The notes below the pieces were generated by a model, which saw only the letters and a program-made list of their open reading frames with translations, made no database searches and was not told where the DNA came from. Of a stretch of 32,789 nucleotides of DNA, positions 9,497 to 17,963 are shown in pieces (position 1 is the first letter of the stretch; every line of letters starts with the position of its first letter). The position numbers were made by a program, and so were the translations under genes. This DNA comes from Candidatus Eiseniibacteriota bacterium (GTDB lineage: Bacteria > Eisenbacteria > RBG-16-71-46). The DNA lies in contig JANLOX010000227.1 in NCBI GenBank assembly GCA_031366795.1, forward strand, positions 1-32,789, in the 5' to 3' direction.

Positions 9497-9518
9497 CCCT
9501 GCTATACTGCGCCGCGTG
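9497..9518 (+). repeat. Copy 2 of the 22-nt promoter-like repeat (21/22 identical to 6845-6866)
   Basis: CCCTGCTATACTGCGCCGCGTG versus CCCTGCTATACTACGCCGCGTG. Confidence 0.75.
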
Positions 9519-9557
9519 ATTCGTCCCGTCTTGCACTCACTCGAGCTCGCGCGGTGA
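9516..9557 (+). other. 13-codon ORF (MIRPVLHSLELAR*) coupled to oppB; uORF or collapsed gene remnant
   Basis: Begins at the GTG of the repeat; its TGA (9555-9557) overlaps the oppB GTG (9554). Confidence 0.45.
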
Positions 9558-10471
9558 TCGCGTTCCTCACGCGGCGCATCCTGCTCATGATCCCCACGTT
9601 GTGGGCGATCGCGACGCTGACGTTCTTCATGATCCGCCTCGCCCCGGGCGGACCATTCATGTCCGAGAAGGACATCCCCGCTTCGGTCGTCGAGCAGTTG
9701 CAGCACCGCTACGGCCTTGACCGTCCGCTGGGCGAGCAGTACCTGACGTTCCTCGGCAACGCGGCGCGCTTCGACTTTGGTCCGTCCTACCGCTTCCCCG
9801 CGCGCTCGGTGCGCGAGATCATCCTCGAAGGGCTGCCGGTCTCGGCGGAACTGGGCGGATGGGCGCTGTTGCTCGCGCTGCTCGTGGGCATCCCGGTCGG
9901 CGTGCTGGCCGCGCGCAAGCAGAACACCGCGATCGACTTTGGCGCCATGACGCTGGCGCTCGCCGGAGTCTCGATCCCGAATTTCGTGCTCGGCCCCGTG
10001 CTGGTGTTGCTGTTCTCGCTGACGTGGTTCCTGTTCCCGCCCGCGTTGTGGCAATCGCCGGCGAGCCGTGTGCTGCCGGTCCTCACGCTGTCCACATCCT
10101 ACATGGCCTACATCGCGCGGCTCACCCGCGGCGGCATGCTCGAAGTGTTGCGGCAGGACTTCGTGCGCACCGCGCGCGCCAAGGGACTTCCCGAACGCGT
10201 CGTGATCGGCAAGCACGCGCTCAAACTCGGTGTGCTGCCCGTCGTGTCGTACCTTGGGCCGGCCGCCGCGGGCATCATCATGGGCTCGATCGCGGTGGAG
10301 ACGATCTTCGGCGTGCCCGGCACTGGCCGCTATCTCGTCAACGCCGCCTTCAACCGTGACTACACGCTGGTGATGGGTGTGGTGCTGTTCTACGCCGCGT
10401 TGCTGCTGGTGCTCAACCTGGTCGTGGACATCGCCTACACTTGGCTCGATCCGCGCGTGGAGCTGCGATGA
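9554..10471 (+). CDS. oppB: Oligopeptide ABC transporter permease
   Basis: RLAPGGPF, YGLDRPLGEQY, EAA-like motif QDFVRTARAKGL, VETIFGVPGTG, NRDYTLV. Confidence 0.95.
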   Translation: MIAFLTRRILLMIPTLWAIATLTFFMIRLAPGGPFMSEKDIPASVVEQLQHRYGLDRPLGEQYLTFLGNAARFDFGPSYRFPARSVREIILEGLPVSAELGGWALLLALLVGIPVGVLAARKQNTAIDFGAMTLALAGVSIPNFVLGPVLVLLFSLTWFLFPPALWQSPASRVLPVLTLSTSYMAYIARLTRGGMLEVLRQDFVRTARAKGLPERVVIGKHALKLGVLPVVSYLGPAAAGIIMGSIAVETIFGVPGTGRYLVNAAFNRDYTLVMGVVLFYAALLLVLNLVVDIAYTWLDPRVELR

Positions 10472-11397
10472 GCGCCACGCCGCTCTCGCCCTTGACCGCA
10501 GCGGATCTGGCCGGTGACGTGCTCGACCGGACACCGGTGACGAGTGTTGCACGTGACGCCTGGAAGCGCCTGCGACGCAATCGCGCCGCGGTGATCTCGG
10601 GCGCCTTCATCATCGTGCTGTCGCTGGCGGCATTCGCCGCGGCGTGGATCCCTGGGCTACAGGACCCGACGCTGCAGAACCTCAAGCTCAGCGCCACGCC
10701 ACCGACGCTCCTGCACTGGTTCGGCACGGACGAGCTCGGACGCGACCTGTTCGCGCGCGTGTTGTGGGGTGGCCGCATTTCGTTGCTCGTCGGCTTCGTC
10801 GGCACGCTCGTCAGCCTGGTGATCGGCGTCAGCTACGGCGCGATCTCCGGCTACGCGGGCGGGCGCACCGATGATGCCATGATGCGCGTCGTCGACGTGC
10901 TCTACTCCCTGCCTTACATCTTCCTCGTCATCCTGCTGCTGGTGTTCTTCAGCAAGAGCATCGTCATGCTGTTCGTGGCGCTCGGTCTTGTGCAGTGGCT
11001 CACCATGGCGCGCATTGTCAGGGGCCAGGTGCTCTCGCTCAAGACACATACGTTCGTGGAAGCAGCGCGCGCGCTGGGCGCCAGCGATGCGCGCGTCGTG
11101 TTCCGCCACATCGTCCCGAACACGCTTGGACCGGTCATCGTATACGCCACGCTCACCGTGCCCGCGGTCATCCTGCAGGAAGCATTTCTGTCTTTCCTCG
11201 GGCTCGGCGTGCAACCGCCCGCGGCCTCGTGGGGCACGCTCGTCGCGGATGGTGCCAAGGTGCTCGCATTGTTTCCGTGGCTCGTGTTCTTTCCCGGAGC
11301 GGCACTGTCGTTGACGCTCATGTGTTTCAATTTCCTCGGCGACGGCCTGCGTGATGCACTCGACCCGCAAGGCCGCCGCGAAGCTGGAGGCCCATGA
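10468..11397 (+). CDS. oppC: Oligopeptide ABC transporter permease
   Basis: HWFGTDELGRDLFAR, FVEAARALGAS, EAFLSFLGLG, NFLGDGLRDALDP. Confidence 0.95.
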   Translation: MSATPLSPLTAADLAGDVLDRTPVTSVARDAWKRLRRNRAAVISGAFIIVLSLAAFAAAWIPGLQDPTLQNLKLSATPPTLLHWFGTDELGRDLFARVLWGGRISLLVGFVGTLVSLVIGVSYGAISGYAGGRTDDAMMRVVDVLYSLPYIFLVILLLVFFSKSIVMLFVALGLVQWLTMARIVRGQVLSLKTHTFVEAARALGASDARVVFRHIVPNTLGPVIVYATLTVPAVILQEAFLSFLGLGVQPPAASWGTLVADGAKVLALFPWLVFFPGAALSLTLMCFNFLGDGLRDALDPQGRREAGGP

Positions 11398-11813
11398 CTT
11401 CTCCCCCCGAAACGATTCCGCCCGCAAGCCTCAGCATGCGCTTCGGCGCCGCCGGCGCAATGCTCGGTTTCCTCGGCGTCGCGGCAGGCGCCTTCGGAAC
11501 GCACGCCGTGCGCGCCACCATGCCGCCCGCGTTGATGACCGCGTATGAGACCGCGGCGCGCTACCAGTTGATCCATGCCGTCGCAATCGTCGTCGTGGCG
11601 CTGGCGGTGGAACGCATCGCCTCGCGCGGGCTGGTCATGGCGGGCGGGCTGTTCATCGCCGGGATCGTCCTGTTCTCCGGTAGCCTGTACGCGCTGGCGC
11701 TCACCGGGCAAACGTTCTGGGGCATGGTGACGCCGTTTGGCGGATTGAGCTTCCTGATCGGCTGGCTGTGCCTCGCCGCGGGCTTCGCCGGTCGCCGCCG
11801 GGAAGCGGCATGA
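11394..11813 (+). CDS. DUF423 (YgdD/TMEM256) family membrane protein
   Basis: GAFGTHA, ETAARYQLIHA, GIVLFSGSLY, TPFGG. Confidence 0.9.
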   Translation: MTSPPETIPPASLSMRFGAAGAMLGFLGVAAGAFGTHAVRATMPPALMTAYETAARYQLIHAVAIVVVALAVERIASRGLVMAGGLFIAGIVLFSGSLYALALTGQTFWGMVTPFGGLSFLIGWLCLAAGFAGRRREAA

Positions 11814-12358
11814 CCACGCAGGACATGGTCGCCGCCGCGCAATTCGATCACGCTGCACTCGCCTCGATCTTCAATGACAGCTACACGGGTTACGAGTTCC
11901 ACACACACATGGACGGAGTGGCGATTGAGTCCATGGCGCGGCTCGTCGACATAGACGTCGCGAGATCGGTCGTCGCGCGGGACGGCGATCGCCCTGTCGC
12001 CTTCGCGATGCTGGCGCTGCGCGGGCACCGCGCCTGGATCGGCGGCATGGGCGTCTCGCCGGCGGCGCGTGGCCGCGGGCTCGGCACGGAAGTGATGCGC
12101 GCGGCGATCGCCAACGCCCGTTCGGCCGGCGCCACGACGGTTGACCTCGAGGTGCTGGTGGGCAATGCCCACGCCTATCGCATCTATGAAGCACTGGGCC
12201 CCATGCTCGATGCGCTCGTCGACGGAGTATTGTCGCGGCACCCGGGTGTTCCCGTGCGGCTGCTCAACCTGCCCGAAGGTGATCCCGCCGAGCCCGTGTT
12301 CGCACGGCTCAAAGCCCGCGCCGAAGCGCGACAGATCCACATGAGGCTGACCTTATGA
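11810..12358 (+). CDS. GNAT family N-acetyltransferase, probably with an in-frame internal deletion
   Basis: WIGGMGVSPAARGRGLG, LEVLVGNAHAYRIYEALG, then an abrupt join to a second GNAT-like C-terminal fragment (LLNLPEGDP...RQIHMRLTL). Confidence 0.75.
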   Translation: MTTQDMVAAAQFDHAALASIFNDSYTGYEFHTHMDGVAIESMARLVDIDVARSVVARDGDRPVAFAMLALRGHRAWIGGMGVSPAARGRGLGTEVMRAAIANARSAGATTVDLEVLVGNAHAYRIYEALGPMLDALVDGVLSRHPGVPVRLLNLPEGDPAEPVFARLKARAEARQIHMRLTL

Positions 12359-12873
12359 ACCGGCTTGAACGATGGGTGCGCTGCACACGAACTTGGGGAC
12401 TGCTTTTCGTGATGGCAGCCCTGCTGCAATCCGCAACTGGCCATGCCGAACCCATTCCCCTGCCGGCCGGCGCTGTCCTCGCATCCGATCCGTGGAGTGC
12501 CGCGCAGATCATCCGCCCAGCGGAGCTCGCAAAGCTGATCACCGGCCCTGCCGCGGATGCACCCATGTTGCTGCACGTGGGCTTCAAGCCGCTGTTCCGT
12601 GGCGGCGCGATTCCGGGATCACGCTACGTGGGCCCGGGCCGCACGGCCGAAGGAATCGCCAGCCTCAAGCGCGCCGTGAAGCCATTGCCGAAGAATCGCA
12701 GCATCGTGCTGTACTGCGGCTGCTGCCCGTGGGATCACTGCCCAAACATGCGCCCGGCGTTCAAGGTAATGCGCCAGCTCGGCTTCACGAACGTGCGCGC
12801 GCTGTACATCACGAAGAACCTGGACACCAACTGGGTCGACAAGGGCTTCCCGATCGAGACCCCAAAACACTAG
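12355..12873 (+). CDS. Exported rhodanese-like domain protein
   Basis: Signal peptide-like N-terminus, GAIPGS, IVLYCGCCPWDHCPN, LGFTNVR, WVDKGFP. Confidence 0.8.
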   Translation: MNRLERWVRCTRTWGLLFVMAALLQSATGHAEPIPLPAGAVLASDPWSAAQIIRPAELAKLITGPAADAPMLLHVGFKPLFRGGAIPGSRYVGPGRTAEGIASLKRAVKPLPKNRSIVLYCGCCPWDHCPNMRPAFKVMRQLGFTNVRALYITKNLDTNWVDKGFPIETPKH

Positions 12874-12881
12874 CCCGCGGC

Positions 12882-14096
12882 CTAGCCCGTCGCCGATTCC
12901 AGCACCATCGCTTCGCGCTCCTCGTACGTGGTCGGCTTGCGCATGCGCATCGCGGCACGCGCCCACTCGGGGCCGCCGATCAGGTTCCACATCAGCACAC
13001 CACGCACGATGTCGTTGTGCAGGTAGAATAGCACGCCTTCCTGGTAGGGCTCGCGCCACACCGCATGCGTTTCCCACGTCGAATCGACGTCGCCCACCGC
13101 CTCGAGTGACACATCGAACACGGTTCCTGCGAACAGGGGAATGTGCGCGTAGGGCTGGTTGGCGCCGGCCATGTTGGCGCCGGCGCAGCGACCGTGATGG
13201 ATCGCGTGGTCCCACTGGTCCAGCCGCATCTGGCGGCCGAGCACGAGATGCGGGAACTCCGCGACATCGCCCGCAGCCCAGATGCCGGCCGTCGAACTCG
13301 CGGCGTACTCGTTCACCTCGATACCATTGCCGATCTCGAGCCCGGCGCCTTCGGCCAGTTCGACGTTCGGCTCGCCGCCGATCGCCACGATCGCCGTCTG
13401 CGTCGTGATGGTGTTGCCATCGTGGGTGCGCGCCTGCAGCAGCCCGCCGCGGTCCTCGAACGCCACGATCGTCCCGTTGGACACGAGCTCCACCCCGGCA
13501 TTGCGGCAGTGCTCGAGCAGCACGTTGCCCATGTCACGCGGCAGCATACGCTGCATCGGGTAGTCGTGCGCCACGACCAGGGTGACTTCGCGCCCGAGAC
13601 GGCGGATCGTCGCCGCGAGCTCGAGCGCCAGGAAGTCCTCGCCGATCAGCAGTACGTGATCCACTTGGGCGATACGCTTCTCCATCGCGAGGTAGTCCTC
13701 GAGCGAGCGGAAGTAATGAATTTCAGGGTGGTCGGTGCCCGGCACATCGAGCACCCGCGGGCGCACGCCGGTCGCCAGCAGCAGCTGATCGTAGCCGTAC
13801 TCGGTGCCGCGGTCGTCCACCAGCACTTTGCGCTCGGGCGACACCTCGACGATATCGCGGCGCAGTGACAGCTCGACCCGTTTGTCGCGGTAGTACGCAT
13901 CGTCGAAGTACGACAGGTCCGCCCTGCTGCCCGCGCGCAGCCACAGGTCGCGCGACAACAGCGGGCGCCGGTAGGGCGCGTGGTTCTCACGCGAGAGCAT
14001 CAGGATGCTGCCCTCAGGGTCGTGCGCGCGGATGCCCTCAATCGCCGAGGCGCCTGCGACGCCTCCTCCGACGATGACGTAGCGGTGGTGTTTCAA
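12882..14096 (-). CDS. FAD-dependent pyridine nucleotide oxidoreductase (ferredoxin reductase/AIF-like)
   Basis: TTG start after GAGGAG; VIVGGGVAG, PYRRPLLS, LLLATG, IWAAGDVA, WDHA..HG..AG.NM. Confidence 0.85.
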   Translation of the reverse strand: MKHHRYVIVGGGVAGASAIEGIRAHDPEGSILMLSRENHAPYRRPLLSRDLWLRAGSRADLSYFDDAYYRDKRVELSLRRDIVEVSPERKVLVDDRGTEYGYDQLLLATGVRPRVLDVPGTDHPEIHYFRSLEDYLAMEKRIAQVDHVLLIGEDFLALELAATIRRLGREVTLVVAHDYPMQRMLPRDMGNVLLEHCRNAGVELVSNGTIVAFEDRGGLLQARTHDGNTITTQTAIVAIGGEPNVELAEGAGLEIGNGIEVNEYAASSTAGIWAAGDVAEFPHLVLGRQMRLDQWDHAIHHGRCAGANMAGANQPYAHIPLFAGTVFDVSLEAVGDVDSTWETHAVWREPYQEGVLFYLHNDIVRGVLMWNLIGGPEWARAAMRMRKPTTYEEREAMVLESATG

Positions 14097-15580
14097 GCGG
14101 AGTCTCCTCGCTGCGGGGGCTCGTCCGGGGTGTTCGTAGCCGCACCGCGACCCGGCGCCTCGGATGAGGCCACGGGACCGCCAAGCATACCACGGGGCGG
14201 CGCACCGCCGCGCAACTCGGAGGCAAGACCATGCCGCCACTTGCCACGCGCCGCCCACCACACGATGGCGATCATCCGCAGGTTGCAGCTGACCATGATC
14301 AACCACGCGATGCCGAGGGCGCCATTGTGCATGACGCTGGGCAGCCAGAACGCCAGCGGGATGCGCGCCAGCGAGACGCCGTTGTAGAGCAGCGACACGG
14401 CGCGGGTGTGCCCAGAACCCAGCACGGCTTCAGCGGTCACCATCTCGATGCCGCTGGCGGTGACGCACAGCGCGATGAGACGCAGGTAGGGCACGCCGAT
14501 CCTGAGTGCTTCCGCGTCGCGTGTGAACATCGACAGGAACGCGGTAGGCCACACGAGCATCGAGGCGGTGAGCACCAGTGAGATGCATACGACCCACGAC
14601 AGTCCCGTTCGAATCACCAGCCCGACGCGCTCGTGCCGGCCGGCGCCGATGTTCTGGCCGACAAGCGAAGCGCAGGCGCTGCCAATCGAGACGCCAACCA
14701 CGAACTGGATCGCTTCGATGCGATTCACGATGCCGACCACAGCAAGTGATGCCGCGCCGAACTGCGCCGCGGCGCGAGAGAAGGCGACATACACCAGCGA
14801 GAACATCAGGCCGATCATGGCGACCGGCAGCCCGATGCGTCCCAGCGCCAGCGTGCGCACCGGTGGTCCCGGCGCCGAACGCGCGAAGGGGAACGCGGGA
14901 TGGCGCCGCAGGATGAGCACGGCGTAGCACACGAGCAATGCAGCTTCGGCGATCACCGTGGCCCACGCCGCACCCACCACACCCAGACGGGGGAATGGCC
15001 CGATCCCATAGATCAACAGTGGCGCGAGCAGGATGTTCAGGCCCACAGCACCCAGGTCGAATACCATCGACAGCCGCGTGTTGCCTGCCGCGCGCATGAT
15101 CGCTTCGCAGTTGGAGGCGAGCATCGGCAGCACCGCAGCCCCGGCCACCACCGACAGGTAGCTGGCGCCATTCTCGACCACGCCCGGCGTCGCGTGCATC
15201 AGCTGGTAGATGCGGCGCGCGCCGAACATCCCGAGCACCCCGCAGACCAGGCCGATCACCGCAGTGGCGCGCAGGCCCTTGTAAGCCGCGAGCCCGGCGC
15301 GCCGCGTTTCTCCGGCGCCGCGCAGCTGGCTCACATAGGCAGAGATTCCCGCGCCGAAGATGTCGCCCAGCGAGTAGACGCTCCACATCACGAAGATCGA
15401 TGTGGTGACTGCGGCGGTCGCCTCGATGCCCAACCCACGCACCCACACCGCATCGACCCATTGGTAGGAGATTCGCAGCAGCTGCGAGATGAACAGCGGC
15501 AGCGCCAGCCGCAACAATTCGCGCGGGATTGGGCCGGTGACGCCGCGTGGCGGCGCCGCCGCGGGTGCCAAATCGCTCAC
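14093..15580 (-). CDS. MATE family efflux transporter
   Basis: GTG overlapping the solA stop; LLRLALP, YQWVDAVWV, GAG, RAAGNT, GAAWAT, VGQNIGAGR; about 12 TM segments. Confidence 0.9.
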   Translation of the reverse strand: MSDLAPAAAPPRGVTGPIPRELLRLALPLFISQLLRISYQWVDAVWVRGLGIEATAAVTTSIFVMWSVYSLGDIFGAGISAYVSQLRGAGETRRAGLAAYKGLRATAVIGLVCGVLGMFGARRIYQLMHATPGVVENGASYLSVVAGAAVLPMLASNCEAIMRAAGNTRLSMVFDLGAVGLNILLAPLLIYGIGPFPRLGVVGAAWATVIAEAALLVCYAVLILRRHPAFPFARSAPGPPVRTLALGRIGLPVAMIGLMFSLVYVAFSRAAAQFGAASLAVVGIVNRIEAIQFVVGVSIGSACASLVGQNIGAGRHERVGLVIRTGLSWVVCISLVLTASMLVWPTAFLSMFTRDAEALRIGVPYLRLIALCVTASGIEMVTAEAVLGSGHTRAVSLLYNGVSLARIPLAFWLPSVMHNGALGIAWLIMVSCNLRMIAIVWWAARGKWRHGLASELRGGAPPRGMLGGPVASSEAPGRGAATNTPDEPPQRGDSA

Positions 15581-16746
15581 GCGCCGCGCCCGGCGATCTT
15601 CGCTATGCCGGAGCCGGGACCGCCGCTCCACCGGCGTGCGCCGAACATCGACAGGTCGTGACGCGTGCTGCCCTCGACGATGAGATCGGAGATCGCCTCG
15701 CCGATCGCCGGAGCGAACTTGAAGCCATGGCCCGAGCATGCGCTCACGACGATCGCCTGCGGCGAATCGGGGTGGCGGTCGAGCACAAAGTGCCCATCCG
15801 GCGTGTTCGTGTACATGCACACCGCGGTGGACATCAAGGGACCACTCGCGAACGGCATGTAATCCTGCACCAGCCGCCGGCATTCGGCGACCTCGGCAGG
15901 CGTGACGGTGCGATCGAGGGCATCCGGGTTCGCCGGCAGGCCCTCCCCATGAATCGCCACCTTCACGCCCATTTCCGCGCGCGGGAAGCTGTAGAAGAAC
16001 CGCTCGGGCGCGTGCTCCCAGATCGAGATCGGGCACCAGCCCGAATCATGCGCCGTGCGCGCGCCGACGGGCTCGAACCAGAACAGCACCTGGCGCGTCA
16101 CGCTCAAGGGCAATTCCGGCAGCAATTGCGGCATCCACGCCCCGGCGGACAACACGCAGGCGCCGGCGTGGATCTCGTCACGCGTGGTGCGCACCGTGAC
16201 GCCCCCGCCATCGGCTCGCCACGACAGCGCCGGCTCGTTGGTGTGCAGCGCCGCGCCATGGCGCGTGGCACTCGCCAGCATGGCGGCGATCCCCGCTTCG
16301 GGCCGCAGCACGCCATCGTTGGGCTCGTACACACCGACCCAATCGGCGCGCGGCCTGAACGCGGGCACGCGCCGGGCTATCCCTTCGGCGTCGAGTACTT
16401 CGTGCGGCAGGGCGTGCGCCTCGGCGCTGGCCAGGGCCCCGCGCACCAGCGAGCCCTCCCGCGCCCCGATCATCAGCCCGCCGGTTCGCGACAGGAGCGG
16501 GCGCGCGGCCTCGCGTTCGATTTCCTCCCACAACAGGTAGGCGCGCTGCACCAGCGGCACGTAGGCCGGATGCTCGTAGTAGGCCTCGCGAATGATGCGC
16601 GTGTCGCCGTGGGAAGAGCCGAGCGCGTGCGGCGGTGCGAAGCGGTCGAGCCCGATCACGCGCAACCCGCGCCGCGACAGCGCGCGCGCGGCAGCGGAAC
16701 CCATGGCGCCGAGCCCGACGATGACGACATCCGCGCTACGGGGCAT
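15577..16746 (-). CDS. solA: N-methyl-L-tryptophan oxidase / monomeric sarcosine oxidase family
   Basis: VGLGAMGS, GSSHGDTRIIR, CMYTNTPDGHF (covalent-FAD Cys), CSGHGFKFAP. Confidence 0.92.
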   Translation of the reverse strand: MPRSADVVIVGLGAMGSAAARALSRRGLRVIGLDRFAPPHALGSSHGDTRIIREAYYEHPAYVPLVQRAYLLWEEIEREAARPLLSRTGGLMIGAREGSLVRGALASAEAHALPHEVLDAEGIARRVPAFRPRADWVGVYEPNDGVLRPEAGIAAMLASATRHGAALHTNEPALSWRADGGGVTVRTTRDEIHAGACVLSAGAWMPQLLPELPLSVTRQVLFWFEPVGARTAHDSGWCPISIWEHAPERFFYSFPRAEMGVKVAIHGEGLPANPDALDRTVTPAEVAECRRLVQDYMPFASGPLMSTAVCMYTNTPDGHFVLDRHPDSPQAIVVSACSGHGFKFAPAIGEAISDLIVEGSTRHDLSMFGARRWSGGPGSGIAKIAGRGA

Positions 16747-17497
16747 GCGGCTCCAGTGGGGTGAGGGTGGCGGCTGTGTGCGCCTGTGCCGCCAAATCGG
16801 CGGCTTCGCTCTCGTACACGCGCCACGCGAGATCGCCCGAATGGAGGTCCATCAGGCAGTGGATCAACATCGATGCGTACAGCGAACCGGTGAGAAAGTA
16901 GATCGCCGCCAGGAATGCGCCGAGCAGGCCGGTGACGACGACGCCACGCGCGCCCTGGTAGGCATGACCGAAGCCGAACGCCACCGCGGTGACGAGGCCT
17001 GCGCCCCACCATGGCAGCGCGTGCGAAAAATACCAGATGAGGTAGCCGCGATAGAGCAACTCCTCGCAAATGCCCGCCGTCAGGGCGAGCCAGGCGAAGG
17101 TCTTGAATTCGTCGCGCGTGTGTGGCAGCACGAGGCGGATGTTGTCGAGGTGCTCGCGCAGCTCCCGCCGCCCTTCGGGGTCGGCCAGAGCCTCGCGGCG
17201 CTGGCGGATCATCACCACGATGATGATGGCGAGCCCGACAACCACGCCCAGCAGACCTGCGCCGGCGCGAAGCTCAAGCCCGAGGGTCGCGAGCGAACGC
17301 CGCGTCGCCCACCACACCAGCGCCACCGCGATCACACGCGCGACCTGGGCGAACATCGAGCCGCGGTACGCCTTGAGGCGGACGCGCGGCAGATCATGAC
17401 TGGCGGCGTTCTGGAATCGCTTGAGCCCAATCACGCCGCTGCGCAACGGTCCCACGACGACCAGGAACACGGCAAGCAGGTGATCGATCAGGCTCAT
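16736..17497 (-). CDS. CPBP (CAAX/Abi) family intramembrane metalloprotease
   Basis: AGICEELLYRG, FGFGHAYQG, H-xxx-D (IHCLMD). Confidence 0.92.
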   Translation of the reverse strand: MSLIDHLLAVFLVVVGPLRSGVIGLKRFQNAASHDLPRVRLKAYRGSMFAQVARVIAVALVWWATRRSLATLGLELRAGAGLLGVVVGLAIIIVVMIRQRREALADPEGRRELREHLDNIRLVLPHTRDEFKTFAWLALTAGICEELLYRGYLIWYFSHALPWWGAGLVTAVAFGFGHAYQGARGVVVTGLLGAFLAAIYFLTGSLYASMLIHCLMDLHSGDLAWRVYESEAADLAAQAHTAATLTPLEPHAP

Positions 17498-17566
17498 CGG
17501 AATTCGGCGCCTCGCGTGGGGAGCGTGAAGCGCCGGATCATGACGAGGGGCCAGCCCGGACGCAAC

Positions 17567-17601
17567 AAAGCGAAACGGCCACCTCCGTGAGGAAGTGACC
17601 G
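17567..17601 (-). terminator. Intrinsic terminator
   Basis: Minus strand CGGTCACTTCC-TCAC-GGAGGTGGCCG (11-bp stem with G-U pairs) followed by TTTCGCTTT. Confidence 0.65.
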
Positions 17602-17757
17602 CTCGAATCCGTCCCGCGTCGTCTCATCCTTAAGAACACTCTGGCCTGGAACGAAGCCTCCCTGGCGTCCGTCCGATGATTCGCAAATGACGTTTGGGCT
17701 TGGCCTGAGTGAAACCGGTCATGGGTCTCATCGGCGGAACGGCGAACTTTCGTTCGC
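17567..17757 (-). ncRNA. Candidate sigma54-dependent structured small RNA or 5' leader (~190 nt)
   Basis: Bounded by a sigma54 promoter and a terminator. 5' hairpin GCGAAC-GAAA-GTTCGC, long stem 17728-17741 with 17666-17679, five ANGGA motifs. Confidence 0.5.
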
Positions 17758-17766
17758 GTGGATGAA

Positions 17767-17782
17767 CGCAAGCCCAATGCCA
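17767..17782 (-). promoter_or_regulatory. Sigma54 -24/-12 promoter
   Basis: TGGCATTGGGCTTGCG = GG-N10-GC with TGGCA and TTGC cores; predicted +1 near 17756-17757. Confidence 0.65.
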
Positions 17783-17864
17783 CGCGACGCGTCAGCCGGG
17801 AGACGTTGCGAGTACGTCAGTTGCGTGCAGGCGCCGCACGCACCGGGCGTCCCAGGGAATGGAG

Positions 17865-17901
17865 GGACGGCCAGAACTGGTCCCCGGACGGCCAAAATGG
17901 G
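17865..17901. promoter_or_regulatory. Tandem direct repeat, candidate upstream activator sequence for a bacterial enhancer-binding protein
   Basis: GGACGGCCAGAACTGG (17865-17880) and GGACGGCCAAAATGGG (17886-17901), 21-bp period, about -110 to -145 from the predicted +1. Confidence 0.45.
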
Positions 17902-17963
17902 GCCGCGGGGCCCGAACGCGGCCGGCTTGGCGACCGGATTCCGCAGGGCGCAGCCAGCCCCGA

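Noticed and set aside
17694..17777. Inverted repeat TTGGGCTTG / CAAGCCCAA as mobile-element ends
   Set aside because: Only 9 bp, no target-site duplication or transposase, and one arm is the promoter itself.
17538..17783. 81-aa minus-strand ORF across the intergenic region
   Set aside because: It starts inside the sigma54 promoter motif, runs through the terminator, and has no RBS or recognisable motifs.
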